Source: Azolla caroliniana
Lineage: Eukaryota; Plantae; Polypodiophyta
Assembly (NCBI GenBank): GCA_043228905.1
Contig: JBHGNT010000002.1
Location: 20,584,001 to 20,648,000, forward strand
Reading direction: 5' to 3'
Length of the DNA: 64,000 nucleotides
The notes beneath the pieces are model-generated. The model was not told the origin of the DNA. It searched no databases and saw nothing but the letters and a program-made list of their open reading frames with translations. The position numbers were made by a program, and so were the translations under genes. How positions within the stretch are numbered: the stretch's first letter is position 1; each line of letters starts with the position of its first letter. This document shows, one piece after another, positions 26,018-38,100 of this stretch.

Positions 26018-27385
26018 CTGAAGCACACAATCATAAATGGAAATTCAACACGCAAAATAAATGAGTAACAGATATATTGTAAAATGAAGACTGAAAGAAA
26101 AGCATGGAGAAGCAAAAGAAACAAACAAGATCAGCATTTTTCTTTCAGTGGAAAACTAGAAAAAAAATCTTTTTGTGTATTGGCAGAAATAAATGACTCG
26201 CCCTTGAAAAAAACCAAACCATAACACAGATTGCAAAAGTGTGAAAAGCAACATGAAAACTGGAACAATATTTTCACTTACAAATTGAAAACCAAAGAAA
26301 TGTTTCCATAAAAAATAGGCCTTATACTTAACCTAACACAGACTTAAGCAGAGAAACCCAACAAAAAGCGATGAGTAAGCCTCATTCAGATATTCTCATC
26401 CAAGTTAGAGCAGAATAAAAGCTTCTCAACAAGAATAAACAAATTGCAATTGTTACCAGGTTCTGGAAACTAGGTTAACAATGGAGTCACACAAAAATGT
26501 GGGAAGAAAAACATACTAGGAATCTCTCAATCAGACTGAAAACAGAAAGAATTTTCTCTTCAAAAAAACAGATTTTTGCAGAGAGAAATCTTTATACAAA
26601 CAAAAGATTTCTTTCTCTTTTCAAACTGGAAAACAGGAAAAAAAAAGTGTTCTAGTGAAGCACGCTACATTTCTTGACAGAGAAGAGGATACGAAAAGTT
26701 TTTTTCCAGCTCATTAGCCAGAAGAATTAGGTTTTAAATAGGGATTTTTGACAAAGACGGAAGAAAACCGAAAACTTTGTTCTTTATCTTTCACAGTGAA
26801 AAACTGCAGGAAATGGAATTAATACCTGCAGATCCTTTTTAGAAACATGGTTTCCTTAAAACATTGATGTAGAAGACGAGGAAATTACTGCTAGCTTTTT
26901 CTCTTTTTCAAAATGAAAATCAGAAAAATTATTTTTTTCCCGAACACAGATTTTAACACAGACAAATACAAAAGAAAGAGAAACAAAATTCAGTTCTAGA
27001 AAGGTAGTTTTATACTGAGTGAAAAAAATTCTGCAACCCTAAATCCCACCTAAAACCTTATGCCACAGACTCGAAACCGTACTTCTACTCACACCATAGT
27101 AGCGAAACCCTAATTTAATTTTCTCTGTGCTCCGGACAGAATCCTAAGAGACTTAACACGAAACTCTAACTTCCTGGCGTCAGGAACGCATGAAACCCTA
27201 ATTTCCAATTTCTCTGCGCGTCGTTAGAAGCTTCAGATCACACAGAAGATCTTTCGGAAATCTCAAGCGACAAAGAGACCCTAACCGTGGGGGAAAGAGG
27301 AGAACCAAAACCTTTCGAAGCAGCGAGAAACCGTAAAGAGTACAGAATTGGAAACGAGGGGGGAGAAGGGAAATGCGAGAATTCA
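26018..27385 (-). other. Probable 5'-UTR intron of SPT16
   Basis: Donor CAG|GTGAA at about 27385 and acceptor TTCAG at about 26018, just upstream of the ATG. The intron is T-rich on the sense strand, with telo-box AAACCCTA motifs at about 27105 and 27194. Confidence 0.6.
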
Positions 27386-27629
27386 CCTGGAAACGGCGAG
27401 AACGGCAGGGGAAGGAAATGAAACCTTGCTGTTTTAGTTGCTCTGCTGATGGTGTAGGTCGGCGTTTCTCTGCATCAGTCTCCCGCCATAGCCAGACCTC
27501 CCTCTCTCTGTCTCTCTCTGTCTACTCTGTCTCGGGAAGACGACGACGACGACGACGACGGAGTGCCTTCCCTCGCAAAATATAATTAATTAATTTAATT
27601 TACAAAAAAGGTGATTTATGTACTTAAAT

Positions 27630-27830
27630 AGTTATGTATTTATGTATTTATGTATTTATGTATCTATGTATTTTTGTATTTTTGTATTTTTGTATTTTTG
27701 TATTTTTGTATTTATGTATTTATGTATTTATGTATTTATGTATTTATGTATTTATGTATTTATGTATTTATGTATTTATGTATTTATGTATTTATGTATT
27801 TATGTATTTATATATTTATTTATCTATTTA
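27630..27830. repeat. (TATTTATG)n / (TATTTTTG)n 8-bp microsatellite
   Basis: Read directly. It explains the repetitive MYLCIYVF ORFs. Confidence 0.95.
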
Positions 27831-29954
27831 AAAAACCCAGACAAAATAAGATTAATTTGTTTTTTCATTCACTTAATTTAATTCTGATTTAATTGGGGTT
27901 TTTCTTTTTTATATATCTTCGATTCGATTAAGAGGCTCTTTTTTTTTCGTTTCCCTTTTCTGTATTTAAATGAATTTGATTTCCAATTTTTATTTTTTTA
28001 TTTATTTTCCAAAATCCGCATTTTCTTCATAACCAATTATTAATATTTTTTATTTTATTTTATTTATTTATTTATTTTATTCATCCCGCCAAAATCATTT
28101 TCACAAGCCTTTCCTTTGTTTTCCTCTCTTTGTGTGTAGTATCTCTTCTATTCAATAAATGCAGAAGCTTCTTCTTCTTCTTCTTCTTCTTCTTCTTCTT
28201 CTTCTTTTTCCTGACCAGCTATCCATGGCACCACAGGTCACATCGACCGCTGGTGATCGCAAAGCCTTCCAGTTAATAATGGCCCGAGCTTCCATCGCCA
28301 TTCACTCCGTATCGTTGGCCCTTGGTTTGGGCCACATCTTCAACAAAGCAGCAAGTGACACTTGAACCCATGTTGAGTATGTAAAATGCTAATCCAAAAG
28401 CCAAGCTCCATAAGATCATGTGGGTTGGTTCAAGTTCCTACTTTGTGGTGGTTGTTGGTCATGCACAAGATTGCATATATTGGTCATCGAATGTTCGCCT
28501 ATTGATTTGTGATGTACTTTATATAGGGTGACAAGAGTTATGTTGGGAGAAAACAAATTTGTCATGGCATCATAATGGTTTTGTATGAGTTCATTCTCTT
28601 GATGTACACTGGGTACAATGTCTACAATTCCTAGTTAGTAAATAACCAGACCTTTTGGCTAGAGTCCAGAGGATTACTTTAGCTTCTTAGATCATTCTTG
28701 TAATTTGCACCTTACCGTGTAGAAATCCCCTTTTGCATTCAAGTCAACTTTCGCTAATGCCTGTTTCATACGTACAACCTTGTCCATTGTGTTTCATTAT
28801 ATGCATTTGGTTGGACACCCTCTCGGTAATTCATGCCAAGGACTTGTGCTCTTTAACATAACTTTATTTGAATCATTTTTGGGAGTCAGTGTCCTACAAA
28901 ACCCAACTTTCTGATAGACCTGGATTTGGATCGTCTTCAAGCTTGGTCGACCCTTTATTATCATATGAGGCATGTTTACTCATTCTCTTCCACTACTTGA
29001 AATGCATTTTTTATATCTTCCCTTGCTATTAAAACCACTTTCTAATGGTGACACTTGTTGAATTCTTTGTTAAAGAATATGAGCATTGAATATCAAATAT
29101 GATTAGCAATGCTTTTTTGTTGAAAAAACATTGTTTCCCATTCCTTTCATATCCATGGAAATACACCCATTACCCTATTTTTTACACACGACCTTTGATT
29201 GACTATGTTGTTAGTTCACATTGTATTGGGCAACAATAACATAGATCTAGATTGGCATAGAACTTTGCCCCTCATATAATCCTTGTATGTAAAAGCTTAA
29301 AAAGATATTTCCACTTTCTGGCCTAATTTTCACATCGTGGGCTCATCACGCGCTCTTATTACATTTACACCTTCAACAATTGGTGTTATGTTCTCGATAG
29401 GCTATATATGCAATCAACTATTAACAAAGCTTCATATGTTAGGAATACTCTATTGAACTTCCAACACATCCTTCCTACTTTCCATGATGTGTTTATGTGA
29501 CTATCCTTTATCATCTCTTGGAATTAAATATTGTAGGTTTTAACATTGTTCTTCGTCTCTAATTATTGTGTGTGTGGGTGATAGTGTGTGGTCCCTTCTA
29601 TATGTCAAAAAATGTGTAAAGGGCATTTACGGAATATCTTAACATGTTCTATTTACATGTTGGGGTTACATTATTAATAGTATCCCTGTTGAACACCTTC
29701 AATTTCTCCTCCTGAGAAATCAGATCACTTCCTTTTACTTCATTTGTTTTCTAGGATAACGAATTGTCTTTAAACTAAAATCCCCTTTGATTATTATTAT
29801 CCACCAAACTAGCCATCATCTGTTAGATCATGTAGATTTGGTTAGACATATATGTTATTTGACCCATGGTTCTAGCTTATACGTTCTACAATCCATTGCT
29901 TTCAATATACCACTAAGAGTAGTCTTATAGAAGATCAAGTATATGTGTATTAAA

Positions 29955-30630
29955 GACAACTAGTGTGTGTTTGCAAGACGACAAAGAGAGAGAGAGAAAG
30001 AGAGAGACTCGGGGTAGGCCATAGACAAGATTTAGCAATATATTAGCGAAATAAGGGATGATTATACAAGGATAAAACTACAGATTATACTAAAACTACA
30101 TCGGAAATTATGAATCAAAGATAACAAATACTAGATACAAGAGAGGGCTTGGTTTATATAGATCACTTTATGTGTGCTTCACATAGAAGTCTAAGCATGT
30201 CTATCGTGATAGGAGAGTGAGTGGATTACCTAAAGTATCCACTTCATTCAATCGAAGTTGTCTCCCATCCATTAAATACAAGGGTGGACTTAATTACACA
30301 CATGCCCCAAGGAGTGAGTGTCCACATGTGTGTGTGATTGAGTTTCATATCTCAAAATTCTACTCAATCTTGAACATATTGTATATTAAGTGGATGAAAA
30401 ATATTGTTTTCCTTCACTCCCTTGAAAGCTTCGTAGATCAAGGGGATGTAGGCCAAGTGTCGTAAAAAATTGTCTAAGCTTGTCTACTAGAAGTGTCTTT
30501 GTGAAAATGTGTATCTCTTGAATATGTTGGAGATCAATGTCTCTCACTAGAATCTATTCTCAAATGTGATAGAAACCTCAATGTGCCTCATTTGTTGGTT
30601 ATTCAATGACAAACATGTAAAACTTTGATA
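29955..30630 (-). mobile_element. Degenerate copia LTR plus RNaseH 3' remnant
   Basis: LTR-like GA/TATA segment ending ..gattgagtttcatatctcaa.., followed by a decayed IFTK.L / HIEV-like coding remnant at 30480-30600. Confidence 0.5.
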
Positions 30631-30669
30631 AGGGGATATAGGTATAAACAAATCGAATAAGTATGCAAG

Positions 30670-33050
30670 TGTTAGAGTCTAACTAATTATTTAAGCATAC
30701 CATAAAGAATTATGGACCAAAGAAAGGAATGATGGATGTTGGACCAGTCGATCGCCTCCTAGAGATGACCCCAACCTCCTCGATGTCCCATGCCATCAAG
30801 GGTTGATGTGAGTTGTACCTTGGGTTCCGCAAGGATTGCATGTGCTTAACTAACCATAGCCATATCCAAGCCTCCCTTCATAAGAACCTAGCCAACCTTC
30901 TTATTTGGGCAGAAACCCTAGGCCTTGGTATTGTCCACACTTGACTAGTTTATGTGAAGAGGTCAAGTGATAACATGCTCAATAGTTATCTCACACTGTA
31001 TGAATTGTAATACTCAATTCATATCCGCGGTCCTTTTAGAATTAACCCATACGTATTCACCATAAGACAAGGAAAAATTACAGAAACCCTATCTCATGAT
31101 CAATTATGGTTATGCACATAACAATAAGTTAAATGTAAGGACCCAATTATGGGCCATACTAGAATCACTAGAGTACAAGCAATTACTTTTTGGGGGGCTA
31201 GCATTGATTGATGCAATCATAGACAATGAAAGCCTTTGTATAAATATGTGTATCAAGACTCAAGAATGAATACGTATAATGAATTGTATAATTATGTTGT
31301 TATGTTTAACAACTGGCGCTCCATTTCAATAAGTGCTACTTAAGTGTTTGTCTTCTTGGATGATAAGCAAACTCATGTGATTATTCTAGTCATTGTATCA
31401 TCAAAGTCCCCTACCAAGCTAGGCAACAACTAAGTTGAACATAGAGAAACCAACATTGCCTCCCTCTCCCTCTATAGGAAGTAGCTTCCAACACATTTGT
31501 CTGCTTGTTTCTTAACAAAGATGATCACCAATGCAAAGATCTTCCTTACAAGCCCACAATAACACTTGCCATTGACAATGTGCCAAAAATATTCTAGACA
31601 AGCATAATGAACGTCATCCGACTATCATGGTGACTCCATTTCAACCACCAAACAACATAATCGCACATGCTCCTACTCATATTGCACTTTTGCTTGATGT
31701 TCCTAGGTCCTCACCACCAAGGATTCCCTAGTGATCATAGTCATCCCCATTGAGGACCTTTTGATCTTTCAATACTTTACTCCCCAACTCTACTTTGACC
31801 AAATTGCAACATTCAATTACGAGAGTACATTTGAAGAGAATTGGATCCCTACTCCCCTCCCAATGCCATTCCCATGTGCTTCCATTATAAGGAAGATGCC
31901 ATGCCATGCCCCTTTCCCAAGTTTTGTGAAGAAGATGACTCAAAGGAACAACTCATTGCCTTCCTCACATAAAGGAATCGTGCATCCCAATGATTGGGTC
32001 TAGATGATGAAATTAACATGTCTCAAATACCTAACTTTAGCCAATCATTATAGAACCATGCTACCTACTTTTACAACCACTTCTGTTAAAGTCAATTCCC
32101 CACTTTTGATCTCGTTTAGAATGCCTACAAATGTTCCACTACAAGGCATCGCCAATCTTATGTGGCTTATTAGCAACCAAGGGAAGGTCTAGTGTAATTC
32201 ATTATTAGCTTCCAACCACTCCTCATTAGATACCATGTGTTGATACAGGAGGAAGATCTTAAAGCCATCTTTCTATTGGCGCTTTATGAGCCCTTGTGAA
32301 TAATAACTCTCAAGGTCCTAAAGTTCTCCAACACCACGTATGAGGAATTGATGTATTTGTATGTGTTCAATATGAACCAAGTGTAGATGAGTCACATGTT
32401 CATCATGATGAGTATTTGACGTCTTGAAGCATTCGAAGAAAATAGCAAAAACAAGAAGATTTGATGTGGATAAAGAAGTACAATAAAAGGTAAAAAATGA
32501 AATTAAAAATCAACAATAGTACCACCAATGAAAAATATTGGTTCAAGTGGTTAGAATAAGTGATTTTCAACATAAGGATTGCAAGCCTAGATCTCATTGA
32601 CATTGCTTTGGAGGCCACAACTTCAATAATAAAGAATAGGCGCTAGTCCACATGACCACCCCCTAACATAGGTGAGAGACATATATGAGTCCCTAGTCAA
32701 TATCTTGTACTACTGACTACAAACATGGATCATACCTAAGGTTTCAAGGAGGAAACACATGTGTATGAAGCTAGAGCTTTGTGACACTGTCAAAGTCTTT
32801 ATCCAAAATAATAAAGAGGACCTTCTTCATGAAGGACGTATCTCCCCTTCTTATATAGGCTCAAACCCTAGGCCCTTGTCTATTTCCCATTTGGTTGCTT
32901 TTTTATAAGTGGCCAAGAGATGAAACATTCTAAAGTTAGCTCCTATTGTAGGATTGAGATAATTCAATCCTCACCCTTCATTCCTTATAAATTTGCCCAC
33001 ACCTAGCATACAGGTTAGAGAACTATGGTTATGGTTAATATGCTCGTAAC
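30670..33050 (+). mobile_element. Highly degenerate LTR element remnant, probably Ty3/gypsy
   Basis: Diverged direct repeats at about 30875-31050 and 32825-33000 (ccttcttat..gg..aaaccctaggcc..tgg/gtcaag.gat.aacat..agtta.ctc). A decayed integrase-C-terminus-like stretch lies at about 32290-32380. Confidence 0.4.
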
Positions 33051-33580
33051 ACTAAATTAGTAGCCCTAAAAGTATGTTTTGCGTATCTTATTCTAACCCG
33101 AAATCTATGTATGTGAATCCCATTAGGAACATTAATAGAATGTGGGAAATTTTGCCCTACTTGACTATGAATGTTGCAATATATGAGGCTTAAATGTACG
33201 TTTGTTAACCCTAAATTTATATAATATGACATATCTAATTCTAAGCCTAAATGTATATATAATTGTTTATCTATTAGAATTTTATTCTAGCCCTAAATGT
33301 ATATACGATATACCAAATTTGCACGTGTGACTCTAACACTAACCGACATTATGTAAACCTTAACTTTGAATCTTAATCAAATTAACAAGCAATATATGAA
33401 GCTTAAATCTATGTTTGTTAACTCTAAATTTATGAATATTGGATTCTAGCCCTAAATGGTTATATGTTAACCCTAATCAAAATTGTATGTTGTCACAAAA
33501 TACCTAAAAGGCCTTGGAAACATGTTCCCCACTATTCTTACAATGAAGACGCTTCAATTGTCATGAATACATAAGCATCA

Positions 33581-33650
33581 TTGCTTCACTTGGGCTTGAA
33601 CCCAATACCTTGTAATACATAATCAAGAACCTAACCATTAAGATAGCATA
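33581..33650 (-). promoter_or_regulatory. tRNA-like Pol III type-2 promoter (A box plus B box), antisense within the LTR U3
   Basis: The minus strand reads TATCTTAATGG (A box, 10/11 to TRGCNNARYGG), 32 nt, then GGTTCAAGCCC (B box) inside a TTGGG/CCCAA stem. There is no complete cloverleaf. Confidence 0.6.
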
Positions 33651-35634
33651 TGATTATATAAAATAATAAAAGCTTCTTCTTATAATAGATTGATTATTGT
33701 AAATGTTCTGGAACATATCCTAGAACATCTTAGAATATTCTAGGTCTAGAACATTATAGAAATCACTAGGCTATTCTATAGGAGCCTATAAATATGGACA
33801 TACAATTCTTCTCAAACCAATTCGAATCAACACTAGACATTGACACATCAATCTAGTATTCTTGTTCGATTCCATCTTGTCTCGTTCTTCATCTTTGTCT
33901 TCATTCTCTAATGTCATTCCTAGCTTCTTTAAGTTCCTCGTTGCCTTGTCATCCGTGCGGTTGGTGTGTCCGTGACAGTTTGAAACTGTTGTTGCTTGTA
34001 GCTTTGATGGTCCTAGTTGGCAACAACTTCACTCTGATGATTTCGCTAAGGATGTCTCAGCCCACATTAGTCCAAGACATGCATCTTGCTCCATGTTGCA
34101 AGATTCATCTCAACATTATCAGGAATTCAAAGGCAAGATGGCTTACTCTTTTACAAGAATCTCCTTTACGTCCTGATGGATCACCCAACCTTCAAGTATT
34201 ACATCATTGTCATGATGCCCCTATGGCTGGACATGTTGATATTGCCAAGACCATGGAGTTGATGAAGCGCTCGTTTTGGTGGCCTCATTTGCAAAAATTT
34301 GTCGAAGATTATGTTCGTACATGTGACACCTGTTGTCGAGCCAAAATACCCAAGCATCATCCTTATGGCTTGTTACAACCATTACCGCCTCCAACCAAGC
34401 CATGATAGTCTATTTCTATGGATTTCATTGCGGATCTGCCACCTTCAGAAGGATTTGATACCATTTTAACAATAGTGGATTGGTTTACCAAGATGGCACA
34501 TTTTTTACCATGTGTAAAGAGTATCAATACTCAGGAAACCGTAGATATCGTTATGCGTGAAGTATTTTGCCATCATGGTCTTCCAAACGATATAATTACT
34601 GATCGTGGTCCTCAATTTATCTCTCACTTTTGGAAGCACCTATGGACAAGCCTCAAAATCTCCTACAAACTCTCTTCGTCTTATCATCCACAAACCGACA
34701 AACAAACAGAGCGCACAAATCAAACGCTCGGGCAATATCTTCGATGCTTCATTAGTTATCAACAAGATGATTGGAGCAATATTCTACATCTTGCTGAGTT
34801 TGCATACAATAACACGATACACTCTTCTACCAAGGTTACACCTTTCTTTGCCTACACCGGTAACCATCCTCGATGGTGTATCTTGGATCTTCCCAAGGTC
34901 ACACGAAACCCTAGTGCTGAGCATCATCATCATCGACTACATCGAATCCAATTAGCGTTATCTTCACATCTTCAGACAGCTCAAGCACAACATAAGACCA
35001 ACGCCAATCGCCATTGTCTTAAGTCTCCTTTTAAGGTTGGTGACCAAGTATGGTTGCTTCGTTGTCACATCAAGACTGCTCGGCCATGTGAGAAGCTCGA
35101 TTATCAACGCTTAGGTCCTTTTCTCACCACTGCGCGTATTAACGATGCCACCTTTCGTCTTAATATTCCATCACACATGCGACTTCACCCAATCTTTCAT
35201 AGCTCTCTTTTGGAACCTTATCGCACCTCTTCTATTCCTAATCGTGTTGTGCCACCTCCGCCCTCAATCCAACTTGTTGACGGCCCTGAATACGAGGTAG
35301 TTGTTATTCTTGATTCGAAGATTGTGCAGAATAAGCTCTATTATCTGGTTGATTGGGTTGGCTAACCTCCAAGTGATCGCACTTGGGAACCCGTCAATAA
35401 TGTTTCTAATGCTCAAGCTCTTGTCAAAGACTTCCATCGCCGTTATCCAAACAAAATGGGCCCTACATTGTTAACGAAGACTTCCACTCGTCGTTCTCAA
35501 AGGGGGGATAATGTCATGAATACATAAGCATCATGGCTTCATTTGGGCTTGAACCCAAGACCTAACCATTAGGATAGCATATGATTATATAAAATAATAA
35601 AAGTTGCTTCTTATAATAGATTGATTATTGTAAA

Positions 35635-35705
35635 TTTTCTAGAACATTCTAGAATATCCTAGAACATCTTAGAATATTCTAGGTCTAGAACATTCTAGAA
35701 CATTA
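35635..35705. promoter_or_regulatory. Heat-shock element array in the 3' LTR, with a weaker version at 33704-33765
   Basis: TTCtaGAAcaTTCtaGAA and GAAcaTTCtaGAA are perfect alternating nGAAn units, located upstream of TATAAAT at about 35736. Confidence 0.65.
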
Positions 35706-36009
35706 TAAAAATCACTAGGCTATTCTATAGGAACCTATAAATATGGACATACAATTCTTCTCAAACCAATTCAAATCAACACCAGACATTGACACATCAA
35801 TCTAGTATTATTGTTCAATTCCATCTTGTCTCGTTCTTCATCTTTGTCTTCATTCTCTAATGTCATTCCTAGCTTCTTTAAGTTCCTCGTTGCCTTGTCA
35901 TTCGTGCTTCGTCCGAGTTAGCGGTTGGTGTGTCCGTGACATCAGTTACTTACGAATCTTATTCTAAATCAATGCCAATAATTTTTTTAAATTGCCAGCA
36001 CTTTGTCCT

Positions 36010-38100
36010 TGCAATGAATAGGGTAAGGTAAACCCATACCTTCCATGTAGCATCATCAACAAAAGAAACAAAATATTTCTTCCGCCCTAAAGATAATTTT
36101 GTCATCTAGCATACATCTAAATGTACTAACTCTAGAGTAGAAGATTCTACCAAAAGAAACCTTTTAAGAGATGTTTAAGCATGTTTACCATAAACATATT
36201 GATCACAATGTTAAAAATCAACATAACAAATGCAAGGAAAGTAACCCAAATGAGAAAGCACTTTCATTCCAATTTTACTCATGTGTCCCAACCGGCCATG
36301 CACAAGGAAATGCTTACTTGCTCAATTATGGCCACAACATGGTCACTAACACTAGATGCATGGAGGGGATACAAAGTATCACTTTTACAACCCCTAGGAA
36401 TTATGTTAATCAAGCTCTTCTTGATTTGAGGTACATGTCAAAATGATGAAGTGTGAAGACAAAACCAATTTCAATTGCAACATCACAAATGCCAATACCC
36501 ACAATGTCCCATGCATAGTTTTCCCAAGATGGACAACATCATGTCAACCTCTTCTATAGTCAGAAAACCACCCAGGATGAGGGGTAACAGGAAACTAGCA
36601 ATTGAATCGAGAATCCAAGTGTACATTTCACCATTCATATCTTCAAGTAAAGCATGTGCGTTATAGCATGAAGAAACAAAGAGAATGTAATTCCTAATAT
36701 AGTCATCACGAGTGACTACATTTAGCTCTTAAAAATTAAAAGCACGAAGAGACAAAGAGAATGTAATTCCTAATATAGCCATCATGAGTGACTACATTTA
36801 GCTCTTAAAATTTAAACACTGCTCTTCCTAGGTTGAGTATCTTTCATCTCTTCTTTATTATTGTTGAGAGATCAAGCTCAACTTAGTTTAGTTAGTTAGT
36901 CAACCATGTAACTTCGTAGTTACCTAGATAGAATCTAGTTAGAAGTGTTGACTATAACGCCTTAAATAGGACCTTGTACTTAAGTGGGATATTCTAGATT
37001 CTCTACTCCTAAGTACATTTAATATAGGACTTACACCTTAGTACCAATATTCTACTCACACATGTGCACCTTTGCACATGAGATGTATATATACCTCATT
37101 GTGGGTATTTTTGTATTCGATGATGATGATAATGCTAATTTAATATAGAGTTAATTATCCTCCATCTTCTGTTGTTCATAAGTGTTAACTTCATCTCTCT
37201 CTCTTCCTCTCACACACATATCACATAATCTTCTGCGCTTAATTTAATCACATAATTAGGTACTAATTAACCCTTTCTTAATTACTTACCTAATTCTTGA
37301 CAATTATCATTCCTATTCTTGCCATTTCCTTTCCTTTCTCTTTCTTCCATTTGTAGCAATCATGTTTAAAGTGACCCTTCTTGCCACTATGATCATGACA
37401 TTCTACACCTTTACCACATGATTTATTATGGCCTTTGCTATCTAATTTTTCTCTTTGTTTTGACCTCTCCTTGGTATGCAAAGCAATGGGGAACTTACTA
37501 GATGCATTGTTCAACCGATTCATCTCTTTCTATGAGTGGAGAACTCTCTACATCAACATACAAAAGCATAGCATTTGAATTGCTCATGGCAATCCTCAAG
37601 AAGCAAATGCATGCCCAAGCCCCCTAAAGTCTTGTAATTATGTAAGGGATTTGGTTGCAAAGAACCTATGTGAGCAAAACATGATGAAATGCAACATGTT
37701 ACATATGTTGTTGACGTCTAGCTACTAATGCATGACACACTGAGTATCGCTTGCATTGAAAACATGATTTGTCGCATTGACTACCACACTATTGAAAAAC
37801 TGCCTATCACACTAACTGTCACCGACACTAAAACATTGATTGTAGTCTACTCTTAAATTGTGAGCTATTATGTTGAATCCATATACTCTAATACCAGTTT
37901 GAAGAGCATATCATGGCGTTGCTTAACTGCACACACGCGCACAAGGGTAGAAGCAAGAGGCAAAGATAGAGAAATGCACAATCTTTTCTTTTTTTGGGTG
38001 TCTACCTTTTATATATATTATATATGCAGGTTAAAGTGTCGTAAGAGTGTGTTCACACCTGTGCACTAATAAAAGGCACAATGGCCCTTTATTCCCAACA
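36010..38100 (-). mobile_element. Degenerate copia element (5' LTR, PBS, gag knuckle, protease, GAG-pre-integrase/integrase start) interrupted by an LTR at about 36862-37250
   Basis: PBS TGGTATTAGAG at 37896-37886, ECHDHSGKKGHFKHDC knuckle, WILDS-type protease at about 36620 and LELVH.DVC at about 36120. Confidence 0.65.
36862..37250 (+). mobile_element. LTR related to the 3136-3523 copia LTR, in opposite orientation
   Basis: Starts TGTTGAGAGATCAAGCTCAAC (compare TGTTGAGAATCAAGCTCAAC). It has a TATA-like run and a CT/CA-rich distal end; the right boundary is approximate. Confidence 0.5.

Larger units (their letters stand above)
33559..35941 (+). mobile_element. Ty3/gypsy chromovirus (Tcn1-like) deletion derivative: two LTRs around integrase and chromodomain only
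   Basis: LTRs 33559-33977 and 35512-35941 (TG..CA), TSD TCAAT/TCAGT with 1 mismatch, PPT AAGGGGGGATA at 35500-35510. Integrase: HD.P.AGH..C..C zinc finger, MDFI..LP, TDRGPQF, SS.YHPQTD.QTER.NQ. Chromodomain: EYEV..ILDSK....LYYLV.W.G(stop)..DRTWEP. Confidence 0.95.

Noticed and set aside
27618-27892. Hydrophobic repetitive ORFs
   Set aside because: These are translations of an 8-bp microsatellite.
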